From Camelus dromedarius (Eukaryota), in contig NC_087436.1 of the NCBI RefSeq assembly GCF_036321535.1, positions 38,814,001 to 38,878,000 on the forward strand: 64,000 bases of DNA, given 5' to 3'. Positions 42,705 through 57,128 of the stretch are shown one piece after another (position 1 is the first letter of the stretch; every line of letters starts with the position of its first letter). The translations under genes were made by a program, and so were the position numbers. The notes beneath the pieces are model-generated. The model saw only the letters and a program-made list of their open reading frames with translations. It made no database searches and was not told the DNA's origin.

Positions 42705-43260
42705 GTTTTAGAGAGGTCTCAGCCTGAGTCACTCTGGAGGCACAGCCTGAGACCAAAGCTGGCATGCAGGCATCTAGCTTACTTGTGCACACGGTCCCAG
42801 GGAGCAGAAAGGGAGGCCTGAGAGTGGGGAGCAGAGCAGGGAAAGCAGGAAAAGGATGGGGTATCCAGCTGTCTCCCATCCAGGCAGCTGGTGTTCAATC
42901 CCGCCAGGTGCTTCTGAGACATCTTATGAAATGAGACCCAGAACTGTTCCCCAACCGACAGAGACAGAACAGGGAGGGGCAGCTATCCACAGGCTTCCAA
43001 ACCCACACCAGTCAAAGGTGACCCCATAGGCCTTAACTCTTCCCACTGCAGGCTGGACTAGCATGAGTGTAGAGAGAGCTCCTGTGGGCACCAGCTGGGA
43101 GGGCAGAAGTGAGAGGTGTTCCCTGAGGGCCAGGGCAGGGTAACCTTGTGAGGGGCCCCTCGTGCAGTCTGCTACAGCACGCGTGAAGCCAGCCACCGCA
43201 CCAGTGGCTGGACTGTGAGGTGGGACCGAGGGCTTTGATGCAGTGAGCTGAAGTGTCCTA
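42705..43260. mobile_element. Old ERVL-type LTR (LTR16/LTR33-like) interrupting a MIR
   Basis: GC-richer block 'gcacagcctgagacc..ggtcccagggagcag..gagtggggagcagagcagggaa' between a MIR 5' half (~42560-42700) and a MIR 3' half (~43262-43345). Confidence 0.5.
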
Positions 43261-43589
43261 TGTGGGATTATTGTAAAAATTAAGTATAAACCACTTAGTA
43301 CAGTACCTGTTATATACAGGCTCTCAGTTAATAGTAATTGTTTTCATCAGGGAAAGCAAATCTAACAGACTGTAGAAGTTTACAGTCTAACAGGGTAATA
43401 GACTTAAAAACACTTAACACCTGACAGCATAAAACTGTTACGAAGCTAGTACTGTGTCTTTGAATTCCTTATATAAAGGAAAATAACAAGGTACTCTGGA
43501 AGCATTTCCTTTTCTCAGTGAAGGGAATGAGGAAAGCTGCAATTGTTATGTTGAAGTTGACTTTAGGGAGATCGTGGATTCTGTGGACG

Positions 43590-44255
43590 CCAGGCCCTCT
43601 GTTATTCCAGGCCATCTCCTGCACCCTCATCTACTCCCATGGCTTGGATTACCAAGCATGCTGATGTGATCCAAATCCATTTCTCCAGCCCAGACCTGAG
43701 TGCAGACATTGAGACCCTCTTGGGGATACCTCAGGCACCTTGACATCAATAGAGCCCACACCCCACCGGCCATCTTCATCCCCCATTCCTAATCATCTTC
43801 TCCCCATTTTTGTCAATAAATGACAAGGCAGAAACTTAATCTCCTGACTTTCCCCTTCATCTCCCTTCTCCCCACTAGCTCCCAACCTCAGGATTCACTG
43901 CCAACTCCTACAGAGAAAAAGTGCAGTGAACACATCTGGGCATGACTGGTAAATTAAGCCTGGAGATGGGGAGAGAGGGAAAGGAGAGACAAATACAGTC
44001 CAGACTGAGTACCGTCAATAGTCCAGACTGAAGTCTTCTATTTTATCTCAGTCCCCTTTCCTGATGTGCCTCCCACCCACACCTCCTTCCAGGCTGCAGG
44101 CAATCTCTTGATCTCCTAAAGCAAAGTCTTCTGACTGCTGTGATTCACTGAACCTTATGCTCTCCTCTATAGCACGTGTGCATTTGCCTCACCTCTTTGA
44201 CCATGTTTTAATCACCTTTGTATCCCCGTGGCTGCTCAATAAATATTTGAATCAA
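43590..44255 (+). mobile_element. L2 LINE fragment
   Basis: 'ctcccatggctt..ctccagcccagacct..ctcaggcacct'; ends in the L2 tail 'tgctcaataaatatttga'. Confidence 0.6.
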
Positions 44256-45768
44256 ATTACAAAAAAATCTACCTCCTAAATGGCTCTCAGATAACTCTGC
44301 TTCTCTTTCTTTAGGATTCTACCACTCTATTCCAGGCTCTTACCTAGGTTACTAGAACAGTTTCCCACTAGTCTCCTAACTGAATCCCAGTTGTCTCCAT
44401 GCATCTACAGTCTTGATTCCAGCAAATTTATCTTTTCTTACAAATCTGCTCATTTTACTCCATCCGTTGTCTTCCCATTGTCCAGTGATAAGCACAGCAT
44501 CTGACCCACGGAACAACTCACTAAATATGGAAGCAGCGGAGATGACACGCAGGCAGGAGTTAATTTGGGAAAAGTTACAACAGCAGCAAAACATGGCAGT
44601 TTCGGGGACCAGCAATGTCAGTGGTGGACTAAACAGCAGTAGATGAGATTACCTGTTCTCTTACCTTTGTTTTCATTTCCCTGTTTTTGTTTTCCCTCAA
44701 GTTTCTCTCGCTATACTTATTTCTTTGCTGTGTTACTTCAGTCTTGGGTAGCTTCTCTGTCTTCAGCAAATGAAGTGCAGAGTAAAATAATGGTTCATGT
44801 GGTAGCAGAAAGAAATAACAGACCAGCTGTGTGACCCAATGGTTGTATTGTGCTTTACAGTTCATAGACCCCTGTCCCATGAATCCAAGAAACAGACTTG
44901 CAGGAACTATAACCTTTTCTGTTTCTTTTAAAGAAGAAACTGTGCTTTCTCTTCACATGTGAAGAAGGGTCATAGGAAATACGAGGTGGAGGACACTACA
45001 TGTCGTTTAGAACTTGATTTGTGAATGTCTATTACATGCCATGAACTGACTGTAAGATTCCTCCCTCTGGCTTCACTCAGCCAAAAGGTCTCGACTGTTT
45101 TCCCCCTGTTCCATTTAGAGAGCTACCAGGATGTCCTGCATGGAAATAACCTGGATCCCACACGGGGAACCTTTTCTGACTCAGCTGTCTCTTTCCTTCC
45201 TTCAGAGGGCATTGTGTGCCAACCAGCCCCCTTTTCCTTGTCTCTCTCTTCACTGACACCTCAGCTAATTCCATCTCAGTAAACTCTGTTCTTCGTTACA
45301 GACACACAGACATAAGTGTGCTGACCTTCAGCCTTATTTCAGAGGGAAGGCTTGCATAGAAATTTGTTTCAGATTTTAAATTAACTGCAGTTTTGAAATT
45401 GAAAAGTATTATTGGTACAGCAATTTCAGAGATTTGTTTTTAATTTGTAAAGTAGTCCTTTGTCCTTATTCCTTCTACTGGTTTAATGAGTATTAAAACC
45501 AATGAAATTGTTCATGCTTTGAACTGGCAGTAGTTACATTGGTATTTGAGAACCGCTTGCCTCTCTGTATGTGTTTCCCAGAGATCACCTCACTCTTCTT
45601 CACAGAAGGAGAGAAAATTGTTAGCTGGATTAGTTTTGTGAAGTATCCTCCTTTTCACTTAACCAGCAAAAAGAAGAAATTGATAAACTGATGTCCTGGG
45701 GAAATTGATCTTTTTTTTTTTTTTTTTTTTTTTACCTTTTTTTCTTTACTCAACAAACTACTTTTCAG

Positions 45769-45856
45769 AAGTGAACACCCACTGGCTCAGCTCTACTGCC
45801 ATTCAATCATGGAGCACCATCATTTTGACCAGTGCCTGATGATACTTAATAGTCCT
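45769..45856 (+). CDS. PDE5A: PDE5A coding exon (~exon 15, H-loop, EHHH)
   Basis: ttttcag|A AGT GAA ... AGT CCT|gtaagt; [29 protein letters not shown]; 88 bp, phase 2-0. Confidence 0.97.
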
Positions 45857-48626
45857 GTAAGTACCTCATTTCTGCTTGTGGAATTTTAAAAGAGAGCTTT
45901 ATAAATTCAGTTTTATTTTTAAGTTTTGGATTTATTCCCAGCATCATAAATTCTTGAGCATGCTTTATTCCTTTTTGGGTAAGAAAGGCAAAGCCAAAAC
46001 ATCTGAGATCTTCACAGCCTCACTCCTCTAGAAACCAAAACTGTCTATAAACGTTGCCTGATAAGGGAAAATTGGTTACTCACCTCTATTTGGTTATTCC
46101 AAATTAGAAACAAACAAAACTGGCATTTTATGGCTTTCAGTTAATTGTTTGTTTGTTTGTTTTTGTAAAATGAAATGGTTTATACTGCTCTCAAAGGTTT
46201 GCTTTCACAAGGCAGTATCTTTTCAACTCTTTTTATTGAAACTTCTGACCACTAATAAACATTTTAATGAGGGAATAAAGCTATTCAGCAGTTTAGCTAC
46301 ATGAATATTTATCAATGTAAGAAAGCATATGATATACTATGCTAGACCTACTTATGTTAATGAAAATAAGATTAAAATGATATACCCCAAAATATTCACA
46401 ATGGCTGGTTTGTTTAGTTAAATTATTAATACTTGTTTGTTTTCTGATTTTGATTTGTTCATTATTCACATTATCCATTGTCTGCATGTATTACTTTTAT
46501 AATAAGAAAAATCTGAAAGTTGCAACTCCTACATTGAACAAGCACAGTGCATGGTATAGAATTAAAGCAATTTTATCTCCATTTCTTTACACTTGCCCAG
46601 TGGGGCTAGTTCTTCCTGAGTCCTAGAAGAAAACTCAGGAGGCCCTTGACCTTTCTGGTCACTCTTTTATAAGTAAAAATCATCTAGTTACTTTAGGTCC
46701 CAAAATATAGCACACAGTTCTCAATTTAGAAATGAAAATGTCAAGTCCTGTGTAATAGTCCTGATTCTGGACTTGATTTAACATTTAACTTTCTCTCATC
46801 GCCCTGGTTGGCTTCTTTTGTCCCTGCCTATGTTTCTTCTGAGCCCTTCCTCACCCCAGAATTATGGGAGTTGAATTTTGACCTTCAGCGACGAAGGAAA
46901 AAGCCCTCTGCCTGGCTCCTGCACGTGCAGCCCTCTCCGTTCTGTTTTAAGAACACGAAAATGGGCACTTGCCCCTGAGGCGTGCTCCCTTGGACTGCTT
47001 TAGTCCCGTCTCTTCCTGCAGAGTCCACCATAATAGCAGCCCCACGGTCTCAGTGTCCTAAGTCCATCTGCGTTGTCTCCGGGCCTCCACAAACCAGTGT
47101 TTCCACTCAGTTTTTCTGTGCTTCTTAACATCCTCAGAGGCAGCCCCCAGACTTGCCAGCCTGGCCTGTTCAAGTTACCTCCACACGTACCAGTCCTTGA
47201 TTTGGTCTGTGCTCCGGCTATCGAGTTGCATGGGTTTTGAGTAGTCTCCCCCAACACTGGTTTTCCCATAAAGCATGTTATTTTTAGTGTGTACTTTTTC
47301 CGAACTGAGACTTTTCAAGAATGTGTATGTCGAGTTATAGCAGAAACATCTGTACCTTCCTTGGAATTTTTGTTCTCTTTGTGCTTTGGCTCAAACTTTC
47401 ATTTTAATATCCTATTTAGTTTTAAAGAAAGACAATATGCTAAATTTTTCAAAAAGGATATTTAACAGTATGCCTATCATAGCTACCTCTGTTATTAGAT
47501 AACCTGTTATGTAATATGTTATTATTTTACATATAAGGAATCATGGTATATATATATGACTGGCCTCACATTATAAGACCCATCTATATATTCTGTCTTT
47601 TAAGCACCAGTACACAAGAGTTTACAGTCTGTGCTTTTGGAAAATAAAAATGTAATACCAAAAGACATTTCCACTTTTCCACTTGAAACAGTTTTATCTT
47701 AAAAATAAAAGTATTGGAAGGTATTTTTGAATAGTCTTCTGTTTCGCGCAGAACCTAAAGTGATTTCACATTTTAAAATAATGTTTCTGGTATAATCACA
47801 GATTCATTAATTAGACACGTGCCACAATTTCAGTGTCTAGTAATCCGTGCTAACCAGTGTTTTGGCCCCAGCGCAGCACACTGAAGCAGTTTCCTTTCTT
47901 CAGAACAAATCCTTTGCCTCCAGATCCCATTTCTAAGCCTCCGGGCTTTTTTCTCAGCCCTGAGCTTTAAGAAGTACATCTGAATCAATTTACGGATGTC
48001 GTTTTTTAGTATATTCTGAGTACTCGAGGTGTGCTTTACTTAGTTCAAGATTAGAGAGCCACTGTAATTTAAATTACAGGTAAGAAATAAAAAATGGTTA
48101 CATAGCAAACACTTTAGATAATTTGCACATGGATTAGCTGCCTTTTAAATACTCCTCATAGATGCTTCAACCCTTGCACCCGTAGGCACACCATTGGCTC
48201 ATGCCCTCTACCTGTCTATTGGCATGTTCCTAAGGAATACAAAGTTTTCTATAGTAAGTGAAAATTATACAAATTTGCACCAAAAGTCTTATTGGATGTC
48301 TTACAAAAGCCATAGAGAAATTACTCTTTTAAAAAATCAATATTTTAAACATTTCATCACTCTGTTCTTCACAACTACTATAATACACTTTTTGAGTTTT
48401 CGAAGTTTCACATGCTGTCAGATAATAGCAGTTAACCTGCCCAAAGGATGGAGGTACATAGTTCTTAGATTTTAGGCCTGCACTAAGGCCTAAGGAGTAG
48501 AAGAGACGGGATAACACATGTACTTAGGCTGATGAATTCTTATAAAGCTGTTTTTTCTTATATGATAAGGCCGTGGGGTGGGAGCATAGAGAGCAAATGT
48601 TATTTCATGGTATTTACTTTATATAA

Positions 48627-48842
<216 letters not shown>

Positions 48843-49967
48843 TAAGTTTTAAGAAATATCTTGAGATAAATAAGTCCTGGATGTGTTTGCATTGTTTCCA
48901 ACTTTAAAAATCTGCACTGGGATATTCTTAAGTTATAAGGACAAATGTCCTGGCAAAGCTGTTTATCAGACTATGGCCAGAAAAGTCTACTCCTTCGCCT
49001 TACTTAACACTGGAAATTACAGAATAGAGTTATTTCTGATGTTTATCCACTGCTCTGTCTCTGAAGCTATGTGCAAAGCAAATAACCATCTCAAGGTCAT
49101 TCCAAGTTGGTTGGCCAATCCAAAGATTATATAGGCCATTTGCTATTCCTCCTTTCCTTCACTCCCCCAATTTCTGACCATTTCACAATTCCTTTATACT
49201 GTCATCCAAGCCTATGTGGGCAGGAAAAGGAGCCGGGTGCCAGACAGGTAAATCTTGTTTCTTTTATTGGATTTTGGCAGAGGAGGAGTATTAATTCAGA
49301 ACTTTAATTAATGAAGTTAATGATTCAGAAATTAAAGTATGCATCAGAGTGGTATTAGTAATATATATGTATTTGCATAATTAAACTGTCTTTCTAAAAA
49401 CGAGGACAGACTTTGCTGCTTTGGGGCGAACATTCGTTTCCCACGTAGCGATGGAGATCTTTGCTGCATGTGTGGGGGTCAGGGGAGTCAGGCTGTCACA
49501 TTTACGGGATTTCCCTGGAATGCAGGCCTCTCTCCCTCTGGACAAGGATCCACATTATGGTTTTAGCCACTCTTCTGAGAAGTAAAAACAAATAGAACAG
49601 ACACACAGAAACACATACCAGATATCCACTATTGTACACCCAAAAGTAACTGCATCTAAAAGAGTCTGTTTCATTGGATTTTTAGAGTACTTTAAAGTTA
49701 ATTAGGGTAAAAATGTATCTATAGTAAATTTCAGATTATTCAAAATAATTACAGAATAAAGGTTATCAAATTACAAAGAATTTAAAAAATACCTGTAATC
49801 ACAAAGATTTCTCAGCCTATTCAGGCCACATAGGTCTCTCCTCTGAGCCCTTCTGAAACCTGTTTTCATTTTTGGTATTCAATCGCAGAGTCAGTTTTGT
49901 TATGTAAGTTTCTCTCATGTTTGTCTTGTGTCTTTGACTAGATTTGAAACACTGTGAAAAGGTGGGT

Positions 49968-50097
49968 GGGGAGGGGATAGCCCAGTGGCAGAGTGTCTGC
50001 TTAGCATACACGAGGTCCTGGGTTCCATCCCCAGTGCCTCCACTATGAAATAAAATAAATAAACCTAGTTACTACCCCCACAAACAAACAAACAAAC
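49968..50097 (+). mobile_element. tRNA-Ala(AGC)-derived SINE, Vic-1 type (camelid)
   Basis: GGGGAGGGGATAGCCCAGTGGCAGAGTGTCTGCTTAGCATACACGAGGTCCTGGGTTCCATCCCCAGTGCCTCCA with A-box, B-box and AGC anticodon, then 'aaataaataaacctagttac..cccc' and a (CAAA)n tail. Confidence 0.85.
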
Positions 50098-50664
50098 TGA
50101 AAAGAACTTATGTCTTATAATTTCTCAAGATGCTTAATAATGTTGGGCACACGGAGGTATCCACTATACACTGAATGGATATCAGTTTACACTTGACTCG
50201 TCTGTCTTTGCTCAGAAGCACTTCACAGCCTCATCCTGATGCAGAGTGACCATGATGAACACTTCCCTGTGCCCCACAATGTGAATGAGAGCTGTGAAGT
50301 TAAACTGAAACCATGCAGACCTTACTATTCCATACACAAAATTCCTTAAATTATTCTCGGCAACAAATATTTAACTCATCTTGCTTCCTTTTCTTAAAAT
50401 TGTGTTCAAGAATTGAAACTACCATCATTTGTGATGTGTAGTTAAAGACGAGGTGAAATTTAATGTTTCAACCAAAGAATATGGTAGAAGAGAGAAAAGT
50501 GAGGTATTAAAATTTTTAAATGATTTTTATATTGGATTCTAAGATGAGAAAAAATCCACTAGAGATCCCCCCCCAAATTTTACTCCATGAGTCTTTGTAG
50601 ACTAAAGGGATAAAAGAGCTTGGGGGATGCGTCGTATCTACCAAATATGTTCTTTATTTTCAAG

Positions 50665-50742
50665 GAGGAGAGGAGAATTTTTTGAACTTATAAGAAAAAA
50701 TCAATTCAATTTGGAAGATCCTCATCAAAAGGAGTTGTTTTT
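50665..50742 (+). CDS. PDE5A: PDE5A coding exon (~exon 17)
   Basis: tttcaag|G AGG AGA ... TTT TT|gtaagt; [25 protein letters not shown](L); 78 bp, phase 2-2. Confidence 0.95.
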
Positions 50743-52599
50743 GTAAGTAGGATAATTATTCTTAAAGCTTTGTTACCTAAATACTTTAATTGCAATTATT
50801 TCTTACAATGTGATGATCTCAGAGGCTGTCAGAATTCTCAAGAATATTGTACAAAGGGCTGAATATGAGTATTTACTTGAAAAGAAATGCATTTGCAAAT
50901 TCAAGTGAATAAATCACTCTTTTGTCCTGAAAGGACCTTTAAGATGTGGAGAGTTATCAGCACAAGGCTACAAGGTTCCCCTGTTCATGTTCCCAGTTCT
51001 TTGGAATGGAAGACCTGAAAACAGCCTCCCAAAGACCGTGTGAGCGAGAAGGCAGCTGTGATGTGTTTACTTGTTTTGTGTGATGGCCGAGTAGCACTGT
51101 CAGAACTTCAAGGTTTCTGCTTTTTCTCACCTGTACCCCATCCCTCCCCAGCAGCTATGGGGACCATCCTCTATTAACTGCTGTCACTGCCTCTGTCATG
51201 GCAAGAACTGGATCAATCAAAAAGAACAAAGGGTTAACAATACAGAAAAAGACAGACATAGCAATACTAAGGATGGTGCTCTATTACAACTGTGTAGTCA
51301 ACATTTCTTTAAATAGACTGATAGTACTTAACATGAGAAGATGCAAATTACAAGGAAACAATATACAAATGCCCAGCTGTCTGTTCTGCATAGTCATGCT
51401 TCACTTGAGTCTTAACATGTTTTTCAGAACAGTGCTTAGACATGCTACTGTGATTTGTGGACAGTTTTTCTCAAAAAAGGAGTCTGACCTCGATTCCAAG
51501 TCTGTGCTACAGTTTTCACTGCTTCACCCTAACTCTGACCTCTTGCAGAGAAGCGCCCAGTACGTGTGGTGCTCAGCTTCGCCGCTTCCACTCTTCACTT
51601 TCCAGACTGAAGTTAAGCTCATATATGTGCATACATAGTCTTCTTTGGGGGAGACAGTTTGTATTGGCAAGTGTTATTGAAACCCTTCATAAAAATGGGT
51701 CCAAACAGTGATTTTTAAATATCTCTGGGCACTCATTACTTGTGAAAGAGTTGGTGTAAGAGATAGAATAGCAGCAGAAAACCATTTTCTTTGCGGCCTT
51801 GGATGGGTAGTGAGAATGTACTTTCAAGTTGGGTCTCCCTAGAGGGACCAATGATATGGTCCTTAACCTTGAGTGTTTCTAAATGACAGTGTTGGCCTTT
51901 TTGCCTCTTACTTCAGATTAAAAGGATTAGATGGCAGGTATTTGGATCTGACATGGGAAAACACTGCACTAAACACAGGACCATTTTCCACAATAGTCAC
52001 ACTACTGAGTTCTAGAGTATCTGGTCACAGACTCAAGTCCAGCTTGGTTTACAGCTCCTCTGATGAGAGAGGGAGTACAGAGCACTATCCTTTCACTTCC
52101 CTCTTTTTCTCCAGCAGATACTGTTTAATAATTCAGAGGCTTTTCACACAGGAGTCACTACATGTGTCAAGTGAATTAGGTTCTTGCTCTCACAGGACCT
52201 TCATGAGCAGGCTATCTGATATTATCCTTTAATGGTTAATTATTAGTAATCAGTGTGTTTTCACTGCACTGTCACTGAGAATGGAAGACCAAGGTAAACA
52301 AATATATATTAGCAGGCAAGTTTTTGCCCAGAGATTAATATTTTCTCTCCTCCTGCCAGTCGAACTAAATGAGGCAGTTTGAGGGCAAATTCCAGTAGTT
52401 CACTGGGTAACCAAAACGGTGACATTGTGGTATCACTGTATCAGTCCTGCTTCTATATAAATTGTTTCTTTAGTCTTTATAAACTGCCATTCCTGCAGTT
52501 TCGAGGGTTTTAATTTGACTTTTTATTAGTAACTACCTACTGAGGGCTTCATTCACATAAAAGTAAACAGGATTGTTGCCCTTCTTTTTCCCTTAACAG

Positions 52600-52663
52600 A
52601 GCGATGCTGATGACAGCTTGTGACCTTTCTGCAATTACCAAACCCTGGCCTATTCAACAGCGG
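52600..52663 (+). CDS. PDE5A: PDE5A coding exon (~exon 18, metal-binding Asp in ACDL)
   Basis: ttaacag|A GCG ATG ... CAG CGG|gtatgt; [21 protein letters not shown]; 64 bp, phase 2-0. Confidence 0.97.
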
Positions 52664-53619
52664 GTATGTTGCTTGGTGACGACAGAAGTCACAATTAAAA
52701 AGTCAAAATAAGAAAAATCTTTACTCTTAAATGTAGCTTTTGATGTATTTGTGGAACTTTTTTTTCCTAAATTTTAGGTAGTATTAAAAACAGATAATTG
52801 GACGTAAACAGGTTTTTTTTTTTAGAAGAATCAATAGCACTTAATATTTTTAAGATACGTTAAGAAAGATCATCTATATTAAAATTGCAAAAACCTAGCT
52901 GTTGATAAAGTTTCATTCCAGTAATACTACTTCTGGCTCACTTGAGGACTTTTTTTAAACACATGCCTTTAGTAACCTTAAAAATTAGAAGAAGCACTTA
53001 TTTTTCTTATAGATAGCCTACTAGGCTATACCTCAACTCTAAATGGCATTAACAAGTAGAACACAAACATTTCTGGGGCTTGTAACTAGAGGACATGTTA
53101 ATAAAGGATGTCAGGAAGGATCTGATCAGGGCCTGTGGGCCAGGAGGCTAGAAATACATCCTCTCTCTAAATAAGTAACTGCCATAACATTTTGCAGAGG
53201 CAATAAAGGTCCTAGGCTTAAAAAAGGGATGGGTACACATGCAATGATGTGTATATTGTGTTTTTGGTTTTCAAGACTGCATTTTGAATACTAAAGGTAC
53301 TACCTGAGATTACTGACAGTTGCTGTTGGTCGTGGCTCTGAGCTGCATAGTCACAGAGCCCAGCAGTGACAGGCTCATCTCATGAAACACACATGCTGAG
53401 AAAACCAGATCAGAAATGTGCTCTTTGTGTGCCGAAGCTTGTAAGCCATTAACACTCGAGAAATGTGTTCTTTACAGACCTTCCTGCTCCATAATAAACA
53501 GGACTATATGCCCATTTCCAAACAGGAAAGAAGATGGAAAAGGGAAGAATTTGTCTTTTCAATTACCCTTTTCTTTCTTTAGAAGTAAACCCTGAAAATG
53601 TACAACAATGAAGTTGGGG

Positions 53620-56600
53620 TCCAGACATAAAAAGCAACACTGTTAAGCCTCTATAATTTAAACAGTTTGGTATTGGTGTCAGACTAGTGGAACAGAATAG
53701 AGCATTGAGAATTGCACAGAACATTGAATATATAATAAAGATAGCATTTCAAATAACTGGGGGAAAGACAGACTACTTACTAAATAATGTTAGGATGATT
53801 TTCCCATCTTCATAGCCAGATGGCAAAAGACAAAATTGGATCTATTCTGCATACCTAAATTCCAAATGGGGCATAGAGTTCAGTGTAGAAAATTAAGCCA
53901 AACAAGTACTCAATAAAAACATTTGTGGATTCTTTTACAGCCAAGGAGTGAGAAAACTTTCCTAACCGTGGCTCAACATGCAGAAATAATAAAAGATTGA
54001 CAAATTTGGTTACATGAAAATGAAAAAATAAAACTTCTTGCTCGGCAAAGACACTATAGCAAAGAAAGACAATGAGGAACTGGTAAAAATACATGCAATT
54101 TTTATCTGATAGGTAGTTAATATCCCTAATATTAAGGAACTTCTAAAAAATAGAGAAAAAAAAGCCAACAACCCTACTGAAAAATGGGCCAAAGATTTGA
54201 AAAAGTTGATAGAAAAAGAAATGCAAATAAATGACTCCTACTCATTTGAAAAGGTTCTCAGAACCTCAGTCATAAAGATGCAAATTAAAACTACACGGAC
54301 ACAAAAGAACTTGTACAGGCTCTCTTAACAGTTTTTTCCTAATAGTTGGAAATTAGAAGTTATCCAGACTTCTTTCAGCAGGAGAATGGTTAACATATTG
54401 TATGTAGTACTGTTCCTTCACACAGAGGAACACTGCTCAACAATAAAAAGAAACTGACCACTGATAACAGGTAGCTACATGGATGGGTCTCATCAACACT
54501 ATACTGAGCAAAGAAGCTAGACACAAAGGGATACTTACTGTGATGTCATTTATGTGGCATTCTAGAGTAGGCAAAACTAATTGACAGTTGAAGAAATTAG
54601 AACAGTAGTTGGGTGGGGAGGGAGGAAGGGTGGTGCAGGGAATCACTGGGAAGGGGCTTGAGGGCACCTTCTTGGGTGACAGAAATATTCTGTTTTTTGG
54701 GTGGGTGCATGTTACATAGTTATATGCATTTGTCAATACACTGACGTGTATATCTGTAGTCTGTGAAATTCCCAGTACGTAATTCGACTTCATTTTTTTA
54801 AAAAAAGCACTGAGATACTATTTCTCAACTGTCCAACTGGCAAACATCCAAACGTTTTACATCATAATCTGTTGGGAAGTTGTGAGAAAATAAGGAATAC
54901 AAAATACTTTAGCCCTTTGGAAGTATATGAATACACCTATTCATTTACCATTACTTCCAGGAATCTCATCCGAAAAATATACTGGCAAGAATATAAAAAA
55001 GACATTTACAAAAGGTTATTCATTTTAGTGCTGGTTGTAATAGCAAAGACTGGAAATAACCCAAATGTTCATTAATAGGGTACTGATTGAATAAATTGTA
55101 GTACATTTACATGATGAATTCTTTGCAACAGTAAAAAGAAATGAGCACTATCTGTATACTACTATGGAGTATATAAAGATACATTTTTAAGTAAAAAAAA
55201 GGCAGAGAAAAATGGGTATGGTATGCCACCATTTATCTGAGAAGGGGGTAAAGTATATGTACATATTTCCTTTTTTTAAAAAAAAAAAAACATAAGGAAT
55301 TACTACAGAAGAGTTAATGATTTTCCGCAGGGAAGAAGGGAATAAGATTGAGGGAACAGAGACATATAAGCTGGAGTTGCTTGCATGTACTTGTTTTGTA
55401 GACATTATTTAGGAACTATGTAAATTGTTTTCATAATTACAAAATTTGAATTTTTTTTAAAAAAAATCACTAAATCTTGAAAATGAAATGAAACAAACCT
55501 GATTTTGGTTGCAAAACCACACTAAGAGGGACTGGTTTTGTCCAAGTGACATTAAAATAGTAATTTGACCATGTAACGCTAGTGGGATGGACACCAAGAA
55601 CAAAAAGAACTACCAAAAAAAAAAGCCTTAAAACTGTCCTTCAGTAATCATATTAGTGGTAATTTTACGTAGATATCCAGCCACCGTTGTGGGTGATGTG
55701 GGATAACAGCAAAGGAGAAACTACATTGGTATTGTTGAGAAGTAGGATTTTTTCAGTGTGAGTGGAAAGATAAAGACTCGCTAGAGTAAAAAAAAAAAAA
55801 AAATGGTGGATAAGGGTTTGTGGAAATCCTGCAGTGCTGAATTTGAATAGGAAATACTGTATGAACTTACGTTGTGTCTTAGCTCCGTCCATTGAAAGGG
55901 CTTAAAAATGACGATCACCCTGGTAGTAAGAAATGAAACTAGTGCCCAGACTGAGGTTTCTAAATACCTTGGTTAAAGGAAGGAGGCCTACATGAAGAAA
56001 TGGCTGATTGCAGTTCCAAATCAGGATATGTACAAGATGAGCCTAGAACATCGTGTTACAGCAGAAAGACTATCAAAGACTGATAAAGCTGTGTCGGGAG
56101 AACAAAGAAGCCACCTTTAAGCTTTCTCAACTGGCCAAAATGGAACAGTGAGCATCAGTAAGGATTTAAATGCATTAAGTATGTTTAAATCCAAGAGTTC
56201 AAGATAATAATAAAAATAATAAAGCACAACCTTCCAGAGTTATCTTTTGTGGATGCTTGAGAACCAAGTTTTTTTAATGGTAATTAAAGTGGAGAAAATC
56301 AAGTATTTCTCCTATTTTATTTATACAAATTGAACTTTAGGGTAACTAAATAATTGATGTGGGGAATTTTATTGTATTTCAGCTACAAAGGAAGAAGGAA
56401 TGTTTGCTTTGCATTGCCCATCACCTTTTTGCAGCCCCTCAATGAATGAATCTAGGCAAAGATCATGAAGGGGCCGAGAGGGGCAACCAGGCATTCTGTA
56501 GCCTTGATAGAAGTACACAGCGTTGCCTAGGAAATAGTCATGGCCAAAAAAACTTCAAATCTCAATCTAATCAAGTGTCTAGCTCTCTTTACTGGTGTAT

Positions 56601-56800
56601 GGAAATAACAGGGTCCAGAGAGACATTAAATTTCATCACGGGAAAGCCATCAGCAAAATCCAGTGGGAAACTGCAGGATAAACCACTCAGTTACTCAACA
56701 ACAACCAAAATTAGAAGAGGGGGAACTGGTAGATTAAAACAAACTTAAAAGACATATCAGTTAGTCTCAGTATGTGGACCCATTTGATACTGTGTTTTTC
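53620..56800 (+). mobile_element. Old LINE-1 (L1M/L1MC-type) ORF2 3' part and 3' UTR remnants, nested
   Basis: 'aaacagtttggtattgg..ggaacagaatagag', 'aaaatgggccaaagatttga', 'atgcaaattaaaactaca', 'ctggaaataacccaaatgttc'; apparent nested second L1 3' end at ~54300-54810. Confidence 0.75.
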
Positions 56801-57128
56801 AAAGCACCTGCTATAACAGGCGCTTGACAAGTATCTCGTTGATTATGCATACACAGGGGTACGCGGTACTTTCCCCACTAACTGCTCAAGTTGAAATCAC
56901 ATGTTGCTTTTTTCTATGTAGTTACAGATTACCAGCTCTAGCCTTTGTGATTAGGTACACACTAAAACAAATGAAATATAATTTGTTACTTATTACTGTT
57001 TTATTCTAATTTTACTGATGTGGTTGAAAGCTACAGATTTGATAGATTTTATTATCCTTATTCAAAGTCTCTGTTTTACAGGGTGATATGCTTTTAAGTA
57101 CCAAAACTTAGTCTGTTATTGATTTCAG

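Noticed and set aside
49971..50042. Functional tRNA-Ala gene
   Set aside because: Mutated A and B boxes and stems, followed by a SINE-type AT-rich and (CAAA)n tail rather than a T-run terminator
51198..51638. 146-aa ORF in intron 17
   Set aside because: No recognisable homology or motif; composition typical of AT-rich intron
54611..54630. G-quadruplex motif GGGTGGGGAGGGAGGAAGGG
   Set aside because: Lies in an L1 3' UTR remnant, where G-rich tracts are ordinary
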